Positions 61,927-64,000 of a stretch of DNA of 64,000 nt are shown here, piece after piece; positions within the stretch are counted from its first letter, which is position 1; each line of letters starts with the position of its first letter. The position numbers were made by a program, and so were the translations under genes. The stretch covers positions 1,240,001 through 1,304,000 of the forward strand of contig LSRY02000012.1 of the NCBI GenBank assembly GCA_001643675.2, read 5' to 3'. This stretch comes from Monocercomonoides exilis PA203. Taxonomy: Eukaryota > Protista > Preaxostyla. Below the pieces are notes generated by a model that saw only the letters and a list, made by a program, of their open reading frames with translations, made no database searches and had not been told where the DNA came from.

Positions 61927-63356
61927 ATGTACAGTTCTTTTTCTGCCGTTGGAACTCCTCTTGCAAATAAAACTGTTGTTTGATTCAAATTTTTGTTATT
62001 TATTTACTTAAAAACCGCTTTGGGGGGGGAAAAAAATAGGGTACATTTCCTTCAGATTCGATTTTAAACATAGAACTTACTGCTTTTCGCCAAAGGTCAT
62101 CTCCGGCTGCTGCTTTGAAAACACCAGAAGTAGTCGAAAGGAAAATTGATTCGTTTTCTGAAGACAAACCTTCAATATCTCTCCCCATGATCCGTGAAGC
62201 AGCAACGAAGCCTAAACTTGATGATAAAAGCGTAGAAAGTCATAATGTTGACCAAAAAAAACTTCCATTGACTTCTCAATCTCCTGAAAAAGAAAAATCA
62301 ACACAAAATATTGAAAATCCATTTTTAAACATGATACTTGGAAGCTCTAGCGGGTCTTCGCGCAGCAAACCTGTTTTGCAATCAACTTCAACATTTCAAG
62401 CATCTTCTACTCAATTTTCTCCCACGTCTCGATCATCTCATCCACTTCGTCAATCATCTTCACAGCAACTTGTTGAACAAACTTCCACAAGTTTATTAGA
62501 ATCTGCATTTCAAAATATTACAAAGAAAAAAATGCTTGCAGACAAAGATAAGGAACAAGATGAGCAAAAAAAGAAGCATGTCACATTTAAGTTAACCAAA
62601 GAAAATGAATCGATTATAGATGCACGAATCAAGCCTCAGAGCACAACTTCAACGAAAAAGGCATCCATTCAAGATGAAAGAAGCGTTAAGAGTAAGTTTC
62701 TGGAAAGCCTTGGGAGAATGGAAGAAGATAAGGATAATCAAGATTTCATTCCAAAAAAAAAAACACGAGAGGAAATGGAAAACTCTTCGTTTATTAAGCA
62801 AGCAGATCAGCCTCAAGAAAAGATTTTACCAAAAGACAGAAAAAGGCCTATGATAAAAGACAAAGAGGAACCTCAGCCATCTCAAACAAGAAAAAAATCA
62901 GAAGAACCAGAAAAACAGCCGAAAAATGCAAAGGATGTTGAATCAAAACCGCAAAATCCTTCTTCAAAACATTCTTCGACGAGGGAATTTTTCCCTGTGT
63001 TGTGCAAAGGAGAAAATTATGTTGCAGGAAAAGTAGTTCTTTCTTGTCACAGTTTTCGCAACTCATTTCGCAATGGAAAGTCGCACTTGGTATGACTTGA
63101 TTCTGTTCATAATGTTTTTTACAATCTTTTTTGTTTTGTTTTATATTTTAATTCTTTTCTTCTTTTTAAAAACCAGATTTTTTTCATTGCTCAAGGTTCG
63201 CCTCACATCACAATTGGACCAGCTTCGAATCCATCCATCAAACCTCAGCTGCATTCCATGCTTGTTGTACCTCCATACGAACAATTTGTGCTTGAAAATT
63301 ACTCTGATAATGAAGTTTGCGTGCTCTCATATGTCAGAGTTAAACCTTCTGCATGA
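61927..63356 (+). CDS. Disordered protein with C-terminal CENP-C/Mif2-type cupin, 3 exons
   Basis: Exons 61927-61974 (tentative), 62040-63089 and 63177-63356. Spliced C-terminus: YVAGKVVL...SHLIFFIAQGSPHITI...SMLVVPPYEQFVLENYSDNEVCVLSYVRVKPSA*. Confidence 0.65.
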
Positions 63357-63924
63357 TGCAGATCACTTCACATTCAATTAGCTTTTTTCATCATCTCATT
63401 TCTCTATTTTATAGCTCTCAATTAATCATTTCATTTGCATTCATTTTCACTGCATATTGATTTACTATTTTTTATTAAGATTTCTGTATAACATTGAAGC
63501 TTAACACATAAATTTCTTTACGTTTCAATGCATTTTGTGTTTTGTACATTGAGAACAGCTATTGATTGAACTGGCTAATAATTACTGTGTTGCAAAAATT
63601 AATTGAAAGCAAGTCATATCTGAAAGAAATATGAGCTGAATGATGAGAAAAATGATTCAAAAAAAGAACATTTCTCCAAAGATTTATTATTAATTAAAGA
63701 AGTATTATTTTGAAATAATATGAAGCTATATATCTTCCTTTCATTGTAATTTATATTTTAATATTTTTTCTTTTTAAAAGATCATACCATCATACATAAA
63801 ATGAATGTGCAAAAACTTGGGAAACTTGATCTAAAGAAAGAGAAAAGTTGATGTTTGATTTAAATTGGATATCCTTGTTAATAAAGCTTTCAACATTCAT
63901 TATCAATTTTTATTTTATTAGTAT

Positions 63925-64000
63925 ATGGACAGACAAAGATCGTCCGATCAACGCCGTGGTGGATTTGGAAGAGGTGGTGAAGGAAGAAGAAGCGATGGTG
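63925..64000 (+). CDS. 5' fragment of an RGG-rich protein, truncated by the window edge
   Basis: MDRQRSSDQRRGGFGRGGEGRRSDG, with a GC jump relative to the flank. Confidence 0.45.
   Translation, partial: MDRQRSSDQRRGGFGRGGEGRRSDG

Noticed and set aside
1-64000. Host uses a non-standard code (TAR=Gln)
   Set aside because: Conserved host proteins end exactly at TAA/TAG (HSP90 MEQVD-TAA, SET1 GYLN-TAA, ALG1 TAG), and long host exons contain no internal TAR.
1-64000. tRNA/rRNA genes, CRISPR arrays, non-canonical introns
   Set aside because: None recognised by eye, and every intron I reconstructed is GT-AG. tRNAscan-SE/Infernal would be needed to exclude small ncRNAs.

Overview
AT-rich, gene-dense eukaryotic (protist) DNA with short canonical GT-AG introns (mostly ~45-190 nt). 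The code is standard, since host genes end in TAA, TAG and TGA. Composition and gene style resemble an anaerobic metamonad such as the oxymonad Monocercomonoides; this is an inference, not verified. Genes in order: Elongin B, cytosolic Hsp90, a large TmcB-like polytopic membrane protein ending in a degenerate hemerythrin domain, then an ~10 kb gene-free island, then TM9SF, importin-alpha-like, ALG1, a TMX-like thioredoxin with a ~780-bp (AAAAT)n in an intron, SMARCAL1, a signal-peptide-bearing oligoendopeptidase F, a TPR/Mlp-like coiled-coil protein, a CPBP/Abi protease, a prominin-like protein, a KATNIP(DUF4457)-SET1 fusion, a CCR4-like EEP nuclease, a protein with a CENP-C/Mif2-type cupin that appears only after splicing, and the start of an RGG protein. 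The island holds two TIR-bounded pogo-type DD35D transposons, a nested long inverted repeat and a poly(A). The strongest candidates for novelty are the hemerythrin that has lost only the O2-binding iron's ligands, the KATNIP-SET1 fusion, the cryptic CENP-C cupin and the intron-bearing pogo family. All family calls come from motif recognition by eye; no searches were run.
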